Part shown: one piece after another, positions 55,530 through 64,000 of the stretch
How positions within the stretch are numbered: the stretch's first letter is position 1
How the letters are laid out: each line of letters starts with the position of its first letter
Source of the DNA: an uncultured Bacilli bacterium
Lineage (GTDB): Bacteria > Bacillota_I > Bacilli_A > RF39 > UBA660
Direction: 5' to 3'
DNA length: 64,000 nucleotides
Assembly (NCBI GenBank): GCA_934101865.1
Contig: CAKOSA010000001.1
Location: forward strand, 22,235-86,234
Made by a program: the position numbers and the translations under genes
Notes under the pieces: generated by a model
The model's input: the letters and a program-made list of their open reading frames with translations, nothing else
Told to the model about the DNA's origin: nothing
Databases searched by the model: none

Positions 55530-56763
55530 AAATACCCTAGAATACATCCAAAAATGCGAAGCAAAATTACAAAAAAAATATCAAGAAATAGATAATATAA
55601 GCCTATATAATAGCAATAAAGTATTATCAGCTTTTCAAAAAAATAAAGTCTCAGAGTCCCATTTTAACGGAACAACCGGTTACGGTTATAACGATGAGGG
55701 AAGAGATACCATTGAAAAAGTATATAAAGACATATTCGGAGCTGAGGATGCCCTTGTTAGAACTCAGTTCATCTCCGGAACTCACGCCATTTCCACAACC
55801 CTTTTTGCACTATTAAGACCAAATGATATAATGTTATCAATTTCCGGAAAGCCCTATGATACTCTCGACGAAATAATCGGCTTAAAAGAAAACTCCTCAT
55901 CCCTTAAAAGTTACGGCATAAATTATATGGAAATAGACTTAGTAGAAAACGATTTCGATTATGAAGAAATAAAAAAAGTCCTTACCCATAATAAAATAAA
56001 ACTAATAGAAATCCAAAGAAGTAAAGGCTATTCCACAAGAGAAAGCCTAAGTATTGAGAAACTAGAAAAAGTCATAAAATACATAAAAAATATCGATAAA
56101 GATGTAATAATTATGGTCGATAATTGCTATTGTGAGTTCGTAACAATCAAAGAACCAATTGAGGTAGGTGCCGATATAGCCGTTGGCTCTCTAATAAAAA
56201 ATCTAGGTGGTGCCCTTGCCTCAAACGGAGGATATGTCGTGGGACGAGAAGACCTTGTAAATCTCGTTTCAGAAAGATTAAATCCCCCCGGACAAGGAAA
56301 AGAAGTAGGACCATCACTAGGTGCCAACAAAGGAATATTAGAAGGACTATTCCTTTCTCCAAGTGTCGTAGCATCGGCCCTAAAAACCGCTCTCTTAACA
56401 TCTCTAGTGATGGAAGAAAAAGGCTATAAAACATCTCCCAAAAGTACAGATACGAGAGTAGATATAGTCCAAAATATAATCTTTGAAGACGCTAGTAAAC
56501 TAATAAAATATTGCAAGTTAGTGCAAGCATCAAGCCCCATAGACTCCTTTGTTACCCCTGAACCATCTCCAATGCCAGGCTATACAGATAAAGTAATAAT
56601 GGCTAGCGGTTCCTTTACACAAGGATCATCCATAGAACTTTCTGCCGACGGACCCCTAAGGCCACCATACATAGCGTACCAGCAAGGAAGTATAACTTAT
56701 GATTACGGAAAACTAATGGTTATGAAATTATATGAAAATATTGAAAAAAATATTGGCAATTAA
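55522..56763 (+). CDS. YnbB / aluminium-resistance-family PLP-dependent protein (Cys/Met metabolism PLP fold)
   Basis: FNGTTGYGYNDEGRDTIEKVY...ALVRTQFISGTHAI N-terminal pattern typical of the YnbB family. 413 aa. Confidence 0.75.
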   Translation: MNKNTLEYIQKCEAKLQKKYQEIDNISLYNSNKVLSAFQKNKVSESHFNGTTGYGYNDEGRDTIEKVYKDIFGAEDALVRTQFISGTHAISTTLFALLRPNDIMLSISGKPYDTLDEIIGLKENSSSLKSYGINYMEIDLVENDFDYEEIKKVLTHNKIKLIEIQRSKGYSTRESLSIEKLEKVIKYIKNIDKDVIIMVDNCYCEFVTIKEPIEVGADIAVGSLIKNLGGALASNGGYVVGREDLVNLVSERLNPPGQGKEVGPSLGANKGILEGLFLSPSVVASALKTALLTSLVMEEKGYKTSPKSTDTRVDIVQNIIFEDASKLIKYCKLVQASSPIDSFVTPEPSPMPGYTDKVIMASGSFTQGSSIELSADGPLRPPYIAYQQGSITYDYGKLMVMKLYENIEKNIGN

Positions 56764-56792
56764 AAAAAAATATGATATAATTAACTTGTAGT

Positions 56793-56878
56793 GCCAGCCT
56801 GGCGGAATTGGTAGACGCGATAGACTCAAAATCTATTATCAATTTGATGTGAGGGTTCGAGTCCCTTGGCTGGTACCA
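56793..56878 (+). tRNA. tRNA-Leu (anticodon CAA), CCA encoded
   Basis: Acceptor stem GCCAGCC/GGCTGGT, anticodon stem ATAGA/TCTAT with loop CTCAAAA, long variable arm, T-arm GGTTCGAGTCC, and a 3' ACCA. Confidence 0.85.
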
Positions 56879-56890
56879 ATTAAGAGTTAT

Positions 56891-56916
56891 AAAGCCCCAT
56901 AAAACGGGGCTTTTTA
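56891..56916 (+). terminator. Terminator after tRNA-Leu
   Basis: AAAGCCCC-ATAAAAC-GGGGCTTT followed by TTATT. Confidence 0.7.
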
Positions 56917-56981
56917 TTGCAGTTTACAAACCAAAAAAATTGTGGTATCATTATAACTACACAAAAGAAAGGAAGATAACA

Positions 56982-58394
56982 ATGAAAAAAACCAAAATAA
57001 TATGTAGCATTGGCCCATCAAGCACTAACTGGGAAACATTCAAATCCCTAGTCTTTGCCGGAATGAATGTTGCACGTATAAATTTCTCTCACGCTAGCCT
57101 AGAAGAAAGAGAAACCGTAGAAAAACTAATAAAAAGAGCAAGGGAAGAACTAAACATACCCATTGCTACCCTATATGATACTAAAGGACCTGATCTAAGA
57201 ACAGGAGCTTTTGAAGGCGGAAAAATCGATCTCGTAAAAGGAAATACCATAAAAATATATGAAAAACCCGACGAAGAAAAATTAGGAACCAATAAAGAAA
57301 TATACTTAAACTATAAAAATGTCCTAAAAGATATAAAATTAGGCCAAACAATACTTCTTGATGATGGCTTCTATAAACTAATAGTAACAGGAATAGAAGA
57401 AAGTGGAGTAGAGTGCCTTATCCAAAATTCCGGTACCATAAAATCCCGAAGAGGTGTATGTATGCCAGGAATGCACTTAAATATTCCCTTTATATCCAAA
57501 GAAGACGAAGAAGACATCAAGTATGCTTGTGAAAAAGACGGTGACTTCTTAGCCGTATCCTTCGTAAATACAGCTGCCGAATTAAGAGAAGTAAAAGAAC
57601 TATGCAAAAAGTACGGTCGTGAAGATATGCAAATAATAGCCAAAGTCGAAACCCAATTTGGTGTAGACAATCTCGAAGAAATCGTTCAAGAAAGCGATTA
57701 CATAATGGTAGCTCGTGGAGATTTATCAATCGAAACCGGTGTCGAAAACCTCCCTCTCTATCAAGCACGAATGATAGATATGTGTCACGACTACGGCAAA
57801 GGCGTAATCGTAGCAACCCAAATGATGTACTCAATGAAGACCAATATCAGACCAACAAACGCCGAAGTAACCGATGTAGCCGGAGCCGTAATGGCTGGAT
57901 GTGATGCCATTATGACCAGTGACGAAACAACAATCGGTTCATACCCCGTAGAAACCGTCAAAACAATGACTTCCATCTGTGAAAACGTTGAAGAAATAAC
58001 CAAATACAATCTCGAAGATTACAAATTAAGAGGAACAGATATCCATAATACCATTGCCAAATGTGCAACTAAGGCCACTACCGAACTAAATATCAAGGCC
58101 ATTGTTGCCAATACCCTAACCGGCAAAACCGCTCTCGATATCTCATCCCTTCGTCCATCATCATTTATCGTTGCTACCGTAACTAGCGAAAAAGTAGCTC
58201 GCATTCTTTCCCTAAAATGGGGCATATACTCATATATCGTTCCCCTCGCTAGCACTACTGATAACATAGTAAAACAAGGAGTGGACGCTGCCAAAAAACT
58301 CCTCGATTTAGACCCCAAAGACCTTGTTGTTGTAGTAGGCGGTTTCCCAAAAGAAGCCCACACCAACTTTCTGAAAATCCAAGAAATAAATTAA
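56982..58394 (+). CDS. pyk: Pyruvate kinase (no PEP-utilizer C-terminal domain)
   Basis: KTKIICSIGPSS, MNVARINFSHAS, and MVARGDL blocks. Start set to the ATG at 56982, which follows AAAGGAAG. 470 aa. Confidence 0.9.
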   Translation: MKKTKIICSIGPSSTNWETFKSLVFAGMNVARINFSHASLEERETVEKLIKRAREELNIPIATLYDTKGPDLRTGAFEGGKIDLVKGNTIKIYEKPDEEKLGTNKEIYLNYKNVLKDIKLGQTILLDDGFYKLIVTGIEESGVECLIQNSGTIKSRRGVCMPGMHLNIPFISKEDEEDIKYACEKDGDFLAVSFVNTAAELREVKELCKKYGREDMQIIAKVETQFGVDNLEEIVQESDYIMVARGDLSIETGVENLPLYQARMIDMCHDYGKGVIVATQMMYSMKTNIRPTNAEVTDVAGAVMAGCDAIMTSDETTIGSYPVETVKTMTSICENVEEITKYNLEDYKLRGTDIHNTIAKCATKATTELNIKAIVANTLTGKTALDISSLRPSSFIVATVTSEKVARILSLKWGIYSYIVPLASTTDNIVKQGVDAAKKLLDLDPKDLVVVVGGFPKEAHTNFLKIQEIN

Positions 58395-58427
58395 AATAAA
58401 TTAAGACACCCCCAGCGAGGTGCCTTT

Positions 58428-59258
58428 TTATCTACCATCCATAAAAATCCCAATCAGTTCCACGCAAATGTCTCGCGTCCTGTCATTCATATCCAAAAGC
58501 GGATTAAATTCGACCACATCCAGCGACACAACTTCCTTTTTCGCCCTTATTATGTCCATTACCCTACGGGCACTCTCTAAATCAATCCCCATCTCCTCTG
58601 GAATTGACACACCCATAGCAATATCCGGATCAATAACATCCATATCAAAACTAATATGAATAAATTTACATTTAAGATATCCAAAAGCCTTATCCATAGC
58701 CCTTTCAATCCCCATCTCTCTAATCTCCTCATCACTAATAACCATTATCCCCGCATCCCTAATATTAACAAGCTCTTTCTCATCAATGCTCCTTGTTCCA
58801 ATCATCACCACATTCTCTCTCTTAATAAAATTATCACTAATCCCATTTCTAAGAACACCATTTCCATATCCACAAAGCGTAGCCAGAGGCATCCCGTGAA
58901 TGTTCCCCGTTTCACTACTCTCAAAAGTATTAAAATCAGCGTGAGCATCTATCCATATAACCCCAACATCCCCATAATTATCCCGAGCAGCAAGCCCCGA
59001 CCCAATCCCTAAACTATGGTCTCCACCCAGAATAATCGGAAAATTCCCATCTTGAAAAGCCTCCGTAACATTCCTATATAAATCCCCATTAACCCCATTA
59101 ATTCCTGCAATATCATTCTTAGAACCCACAGAGTTAATATCACAAATCCTCGCAAACCTCTCCAAATCCAGCCTCTCCCTAATCACTCTCGGACCCATCT
59201 CTGTTCCCATAACACTAACGCCCAAACTACTGTTCACACAAATTAAACTATATCTCAT
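58428..59258 (-). CDS. Arginase/agmatinase/formiminoglutamase (ureohydrolase) family protein
   Basis: Mn-binding motifs GGDHS, DAHADFNT and SFDMDVIDP. 276 aa. Confidence 0.8.
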   Translation of the reverse strand: MRYSLICVNSSLGVSVMGTEMGPRVIRERLDLERFARICDINSVGSKNDIAGINGVNGDLYRNVTEAFQDGNFPIILGGDHSLGIGSGLAARDNYGDVGVIWIDAHADFNTFESSETGNIHGMPLATLCGYGNGVLRNGISDNFIKRENVVMIGTRSIDEKELVNIRDAGIMVISDEEIREMGIERAMDKAFGYLKCKFIHISFDMDVIDPDIAMGVSIPEEMGIDLESARRVMDIIRAKKEVVSLDVVEFNPLLDMNDRTRDICVELIGIFMDGR

Positions 59259-59295
59259 AATCCTCCTAAAAAAAAATCCACAACGGATTTAAAAA

Positions 59296-59372
59296 TGGCG
59301 TCCTTGGGCAGATTCGAACTGCCGACTTTCCGCTTAGGAGGCGGATACTCTATCCTACTGAGTTACAAGGAC
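59296..59372 (-). tRNA. tRNA-Arg (anticodon CCT), CCA encoded
   Basis: Reverse complement reads GTCCTTGTAACTCAGTAGGATAGAGTATCCGCCTCCTAAGCGGAAAGTCGGCAGTTCGAATCTGCCCAAGGACGCCA. Anticodon stem CCGCC/GGCGG... with loop CTCCTAA. T-arm GGCAGTTCGAATCTGCC. Confidence 0.85.
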
Positions 59373-59574
59373 CCGACTAATCACATTATAGCACACATTC
59401 CCCTCAAAATACAAGAGAAAATTCAAAAGTTTACAAAAAATTTACACTTTACCACTGGCCCTATCGGGGGCAAATACACAAGATTTCCAAATCCAACAAA
59501 TTTCATTAACAAATAGTAAATAATAAAACAAATAAAGAAAATATATGATATAATGAAGTAAAGGAGTGTGAAAA

Positions 59575-60231
59575 ATGCAAAAAAGCAATCTAGTATGGGG
59601 CCTAGCCCTTGTCCTAATAGGAATAATCATTATGCTCAATGCCTTAAACATCATAAACATTAATCTCCTATTTACAGGTTGGTGGACCCTCTTTATCATT
59701 GTCCCAAGCCTTATCGGCCTCATAAATGATAAAGATAAAACCGGAAGTATCATCGGTCTATTAGTAGGAATAGCCCTATTACTATCCGTAAGAGGAATAG
59801 TAAGTATTGACCTAATCCTAAAACTAATATTACCAAGCTTGCTAATAATAATAGGCCTATCAATAATGCTAAAAGGAGTATTTACAACTAAAACCAAACC
59901 AAATACTACCACAAATAACCATTACTGTGCTACCTTTTCTGGACAAAAAGTCTCTCTTCCCAAAGAAAAATTTACCGGCTGTAAAGTAGACGCCATTTTC
60001 GGAGGTGTAACCCTTGATTTAAGAGACGCCATTATTAAGGAAGACGCCATCATAGAAGCAAGTGCTATCTTTGGAGGAATAGATATCCTTGCTCCCGAAA
60101 ATGTAAATATTGTCTCCAAAGGAACCTCAATTTTTGGTGGAACCAATATGAAAAGAGAAAACGACGATACCAATAAACACACCATAACCATAAATGCAAC
60201 CTGTCTATTTGGAGGAATTGACGTAAAATGA
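59575..60231 (+). CDS. LiaF-like membrane protein (cell-wall-active antibiotic response domain, FGG repeats)
   Basis: Four N-terminal TM helices. The C-terminal domain carries repeated FGG motifs (IFGGVTLDL, IFGGIDIL, IFGGTNM, LFGGIDV). TGaTATAAT promoter and AAAGGAG RBS upstream. Confidence 0.5.
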   Translation: MQKSNLVWGLALVLIGIIIMLNALNIININLLFTGWWTLFIIVPSLIGLINDKDKTGSIIGLLVGIALLLSVRGIVSIDLILKLILPSLLIIIGLSIMLKGVFTTKTKPNTTTNNHYCATFSGQKVSLPKEKFTGCKVDAIFGGVTLDLRDAIIKEDAIIEASAIFGGIDILAPENVNIVSKGTSIFGGTNMKRENDDTNKHTITINATCLFGGIDVK

Positions 60232-61028
60232 CAACCACTCAAAAAATAATCAAAGCCTTTGCCATCATCCTTGCCATAACCATAATTGCCGGTATCATAT
60301 CAAGTATCGTCAATATCGTAAGTTTCTTTCTTCCTGAAAAAGAAACCAGAATAGCCCCCTCCGATACCCAAGAATTAATTCAGTTATCAAATATAAATAG
60401 TATTGAAATAGAATTAAATAGGGGCAAATTAAATATAGAAACAATACCAACTTCCCACCCCCAAATAAGTACGGGAAATAATAATATCAAATTTACTGAA
60501 AAGGGTGGAGTACTAAAAATAACCGAAAAAGGCTTAAACATTTCCAAAGAAAATACTGTCCTTTTACAACTCCCCCAAAACACTACTCTAAATACCATAA
60601 AAATAAATTCCAAAGCCGGAGCTATTTCCCTAAATAATATAACATCCCAGTATCTAGACTTAGATTTAGGGGCCGGTAGGGTAAACATAAATAACATAAA
60701 AGTAACAAATGAAGCTGACATCGATGCCGGAGACGGTAACCTCAGTATGACCAATTACTACATAAATAAACTAGATTTAGACTTAGGCGCAGGAAACACA
60801 ACCTTAGAAGGACTTTTAGGATCCAAATCCAAAATAGATTGCGGTGTCGGATCACTTAACCTTACCATACCCGCATCATTAACAAAATATGCCCTTGATA
60901 TTGAAAAAGGAATTGGTGAAATAACCATAAATAACGACAAAATAACAGAGGAAGAATACCAAACAAATGGCGAAATACCCCTCGAAATAGAAGGAGGAGT
61001 AGGAAGTATAACCATTAAAACAAATTAG
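60228..61028 (+). CDS. DUF4097-family beta-strand-repeat protein (YvlB/LiaG-like putative adhesin fold), N-terminal TM anchor
   Basis: N-terminal TM followed by repeated LDLDLGAG.. beta-helix-like units. Overlaps the upstream gene by 4 nt. Confidence 0.55.
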   Translation: MTTTQKIIKAFAIILAITIIAGIISSIVNIVSFFLPEKETRIAPSDTQELIQLSNINSIEIELNRGKLNIETIPTSHPQISTGNNNIKFTEKGGVLKITEKGLNISKENTVLLQLPQNTTLNTIKINSKAGAISLNNITSQYLDLDLGAGRVNINNIKVTNEADIDAGDGNLSMTNYYINKLDLDLGAGNTTLEGLLGSKSKIDCGVGSLNLTIPASLTKYALDIEKGIGEITINNDKITEEEYQTNGEIPLEIEGGVGSITIKTN

Positions 61029-61043
61029 AAAGAAGGAATAATA

Positions 61044-62267
61044 ATGGATAAAGAATTACAAAAAGCATTAGAATTAGAAAGGGAAAGACAAGAACAAAAT
61101 ATCGAATTAATCGCATCCGAAAACTACGTTTCCAAAGAAATATTAACCCTTCAAGGAAGTATTTTAACCAATAAATACGCCGAAGGATATCCCGATAAAA
61201 GATACTACGGTGGATGTCAGTACATTGATATCTTTGAAAAAAAAGCCATAGAATACGCTTGCAAATTATTTAACTCTAAGTATGCTAACGTCCAACCCCA
61301 TAGCGGTTCATCGGCTAATATGGCTGTCTACAAAGCCCTTTTAAATCACGGTGATAAAGTAATGGGAATGAATCTAAATCACGGTGGCCACTTAACCCAC
61401 GGTTATAAACTAAATTTCTCAGGTAAAGACTATGAAATCATAAGTTACGACCTCGATAATAAAACCGAAGAAATAAACTATGACGAACTAAAAAAACTTG
61501 CCCTTAAAGAAAAACCTAAGATGATAATTGCTGGTGCCAGTGCCTATTCAAGGACTATTGATTTCCAAAAATTTAGAGAAATAGCTGACGCTGTTGGAGC
61601 TTATCTAATGGTTGATATGGCCCATATTGCTGGCCTTGTTGGAGCCGGATACCACCCATCTCCATTATCTTTTGCCGATGTCGTTACAACCACTACCCAT
61701 AAAACATTACGAGGACCAAGAGGTGGATTAATCCTAACCAATAATGAAGAAATAGCTAAGAAAATAGATAAAACCATTTTCCCAGGTATTCAAGGTGGAC
61801 CCCTTATGCACGTCATAGCCGCTAAGGCTCAGTGTTTCTATGAAGCCCTAAAACCAGAATTTACTACCTATATAGAAAATGTCCTCAAAAATATCAAAGC
61901 AATGAGTGAAGAATTCCAAAATTTAGGTTATAAAGTAGTAAGTAACGGCACTGATAATCACTTAATACTCCTTGATGTCAAAACCAGTCGTGACATTACC
62001 GGAAAAGAAGCCGAGGAACTATTAGACAAAGTCCATATCACTGTAAACAAAAATACAATCCCAAATGAAACCGAGAAAGCAACCATAGCTAGTGGTATCC
62101 GTATCGGGTCTCCGGCAATGACAACCCGTGGTCTAAACGAAGACGATTTTAGACAAATAGCTAGACTAATAGATAAAGCCCTAACAAATAAAGATAATGA
62201 AGAAAAATTAAAAGAAGTAGAGAACGAGGTACTAACCCTAACCAAAAAGTACCCTCTCCCATACTAA
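61044..62267 (+). CDS. glyA: Serine hydroxymethyltransferase
   Basis: [20 protein letters not shown], and the PLP-Lys region [14 protein letters not shown]. 407 aa. Confidence 0.95.
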   Translation: MDKELQKALELERERQEQNIELIASENYVSKEILTLQGSILTNKYAEGYPDKRYYGGCQYIDIFEKKAIEYACKLFNSKYANVQPHSGSSANMAVYKALLNHGDKVMGMNLNHGGHLTHGYKLNFSGKDYEIISYDLDNKTEEINYDELKKLALKEKPKMIIAGASAYSRTIDFQKFREIADAVGAYLMVDMAHIAGLVGAGYHPSPLSFADVVTTTTHKTLRGPRGGLILTNNEEIAKKIDKTIFPGIQGGPLMHVIAAKAQCFYEALKPEFTTYIENVLKNIKAMSEEFQNLGYKVVSNGTDNHLILLDVKTSRDITGKEAEELLDKVHITVNKNTIPNETEKATIASGIRIGSPAMTTRGLNEDDFRQIARLIDKALTNKDNEEKLKEVENEVLTLTKKYPLPY

Positions 62268-62276
62268 GGAGGAATA

Positions 62277-63260
62277 ATGGCCAAATTCGATAAAGACTAT
62301 ATAGAATTATGTAAAAAAATAATAAATGAAGGTACTTGGGCTCATAACCGTACCGGAAATGATACCATAATGATACCAAGTTATAACCTAGAATTCAATT
62401 TAGAAGAAGAATTTCCTATCTTAACCACTAAACAAGTATACATAAGACAAGCCGTATTAGAAATGCTCTGGATATGGCAAGTCCAATCCAATGACGTAAG
62501 ATGGCTCCAAGAAAGAAATGTCAATATCTGGAACGAATGGATGGTTGATAAAGACGGCATATACCGTACCTATACCAAAGACGAAAAATACGATAAAGAT
62601 AAAGAAGTACCCGTATTAAATCTAAATAATGTCCACGGTATAAAGAGAGGGGTCCTCCATTACACTAAGGGCCTAATTGAGGGCCAAAATATAAAAACAG
62701 CCAAATACTTTGGCCGAAAATACGCCTATACAATTGGGGCTGCTTACGGATATATCGTAAAAAAATACAAACTAATGGATACCCTTTTAGATACCATAAA
62801 AAACAATCCTACCGATAGAAGAATGGTAAAAAGCCTTTGGCAAGATGCCGATTTAAAAGAAGCCGTTCTCCCATCTTGTGTATGGAGTACCGAATGGGAT
62901 GTAACTGACGGTAAACTAAATCTAATGGTTCACCAAAGAAGTTGTGATGTCCCTCTCGGCCTTCCCTTTAACGTAACCCAGTATGCTTGCCTTCTTGCAA
63001 TGATTGCCAAGACTAATAACCTAAAAGCCGGTACCATAAATTGGAGTATAAAGAACGCTCATATCTATAAAGACCAACTAGACCAAATCAAAGAACAAAT
63101 AAAAAGATATGAAACTCTTGAAGATTTACCCGCCCCTAAACTATGGTTAAATCCCGAAGTAAAACACTTTTATGATTATGACAATTCCCAAGACCTAAAA
63201 GACGTCAAACTAATAAACTATAAACATCACGGAAAACTAAGTTTTAACATAACCCAGTGA
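62277..63260 (+). CDS. thyA: Thymidylate synthase (ThyA, long form with insert)
   Basis: Folate-binding region and active site (LPSCVWSTEW with catalytic Cys, HQRSCDVPLGLPFN). 327 aa with an internal insertion like the Lactobacillus-type enzyme. Confidence 0.9.
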   Translation: MAKFDKDYIELCKKIINEGTWAHNRTGNDTIMIPSYNLEFNLEEEFPILTTKQVYIRQAVLEMLWIWQVQSNDVRWLQERNVNIWNEWMVDKDGIYRTYTKDEKYDKDKEVPVLNLNNVHGIKRGVLHYTKGLIEGQNIKTAKYFGRKYAYTIGAAYGYIVKKYKLMDTLLDTIKNNPTDRRMVKSLWQDADLKEAVLPSCVWSTEWDVTDGKLNLMVHQRSCDVPLGLPFNVTQYACLLAMIAKTNNLKAGTINWSIKNAHIYKDQLDQIKEQIKRYETLEDLPAPKLWLNPEVKHFYDYDNSQDLKDVKLINYKHHGKLSFNITQ

Positions 63261-63739
63261 TAACAATTATTGCCGCTATCGGTAAAAATAACGAACTAGG
63301 AATTAATAATCATTTACTGTGGAACCTAAAAGAAGATATGAAGTTCTTTAAAGAAAAAACAATAAACCATAAAGTAGTAATGGGACTAAATACCTATAAC
63401 TCTATTAAACGTCCCCTTATTAGTAGAGAAAATATAGTCCTATCAAATAAAGAAGTAAATCTACCTAAGGAAGTAAAACTATATACAAATATAAATAAAC
63501 TAACTAACGATTTACAAAATATCCAAGAAGAAGTCTTTATAATCGGGGGAGCCAGTCTATATAACCATTACATACCCCTAGCAGACAAAATGTATCTAAC
63601 CCTAATCGAAGATACCAAACCCGCTGATACATACTTTCCCAAAATAAACAAAGAAGACTGGAACATTACCATAATAAAAGAATTAGAGGAGGAAGTAAAG
63701 TACAAATTCGTACTTTTTGAAAGGAGAACCAATGAATAA
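63257..63739 (+). CDS. folA: Dihydrofolate reductase
   Basis: IIAAIGKNNELG, MGLNTY, and IIGGASLY motifs. 160 aa. Overlaps thyA by 4 nt (ATGA). Confidence 0.85.
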   Translation: MITIIAAIGKNNELGINNHLLWNLKEDMKFFKEKTINHKVVMGLNTYNSIKRPLISRENIVLSNKEVNLPKEVKLYTNINKLTNDLQNIQEEVFIIGGASLYNHYIPLADKMYLTLIEDTKPADTYFPKINKEDWNITIIKELEEEVKYKFVLFERRTNE

Positions 63740-64000
63740 AGTCGTATTAAAAATAAGTGGAGAATTCCTAAAAGAAAATGAAGAGAACGTAGCAGAGAAC
63801 AAAATAAACTATGTGGCATCCCTCATCAAAGACTTAAAAGACCAAGACATCCATATATCCGTTGTAATAGGAGGAGGAAACTATTTCCGTGGTCGCCAAA
63901 ACAATAAACTAGACGCCGTAACCGGAGACACAATCGGTATGCTTGGAACCATTATGAATAGCCTTTATCTAAAAGATGCCCTCAGAAGAATTAACATTCC
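63732..64000 (+). CDS. pyrH: UMP kinase (PyrH), 5' part; truncated by the window end
   Basis: LKISGEFL...VVIGGGNYFRG...GDTIGMLGTIMNSL amino-acid-kinase motifs. The ORF runs off the window. Confidence 0.85.
   Translation, partial: MNKVVLKISGEFLKENEENVAENKINYVASLIKDLKDQDIHISVVIGGGNYFRGRQNNKLDAVTGDTIGMLGTIMNSLYLKDALRRINI

Noticed and set aside
56793-59372. Integrated element or prophage at tRNA-Leu or tRNA-Arg
   Set aside because: No integrase, excisionase or tRNA 3' end direct-repeat duplication was seen. The flanking genes (pyk, arginase, liaF-like) are ordinary chromosomal genes.
59295-59516. ORF of 73 aa on the + strand
   Set aside because: It overlaps the tRNA-Arg(CCT) gene on the opposite strand and lies in the promoter region of the LiaF-like gene. 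It is spurious.

Overview
This is a low-GC (about 30-33 % by eye) Firmicutes chromosomal segment. The organism is a spore-former: spoVS and cotJB/cotJC are present, plus TasA/camelysin-like proteins and sortase substrates. Its lineage cannot be resolved from sequence alone; Clostridia-like or Erysipelotrichia-like is a guess. Nearly all genes lie on the + strand, so the window is probably on the leading strand of one replichore. The core backbone reads obg - 23S rRNA m5U methyltransferase - tsaC/sua5 - vanZ-like - ybeY - dgkA - queA - dnaG - sigA - trmK - heterodimeric ABC exporter - LysM amidase - rnhB - lexA(-) - radical SAM(-) - mtaB - gyrB/parE - uvrB - mutS - pyk - arginase(-) - glyA - thyA - folA - pyrH (partial). 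Two single tRNA genes are present, Leu-CAA (+) and Arg-CCT (-). Accessory content is interleaved with this backbone. The main items are: (1) a complete DpnII-type (GATC) cassette, dpnM-dpnA-dpnB, bounded by two identical 32-bp direct repeats that each form a terminator hairpin; (2) an island from about 6.3 to 12.3 kb with an NT5C-like nucleotidase, a Fic protein, an XRE-ImmA (COG2856) fusion with an overlapping PIN-like ORF, and a TasA-like fusion protein; (3) three paralogous TasA/camelysin-like proteins with SipW-cognate-type signal anchors, two of them fused to a conserved roughly 330-aa Cys-containing C-terminal domain I cannot assign; (4) a 677-bp repeat-dense intergenic region between lexA and an orphan AbiEi-like ORF; (5) a thioester-domain (TQxA) adhesin paired with a class B-like sortase and a non-LPXTG C-terminus; (6) a sporulation cluster of kinase-like protein, spoVS, cotJ(A)B, cotJC, a GH31-like protein and a YgjP protease. 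No CRISPR array, transposase or integrase was seen. Every identification rests on reading the translated ORFs and DNA motifs by eye; no database search was possible.
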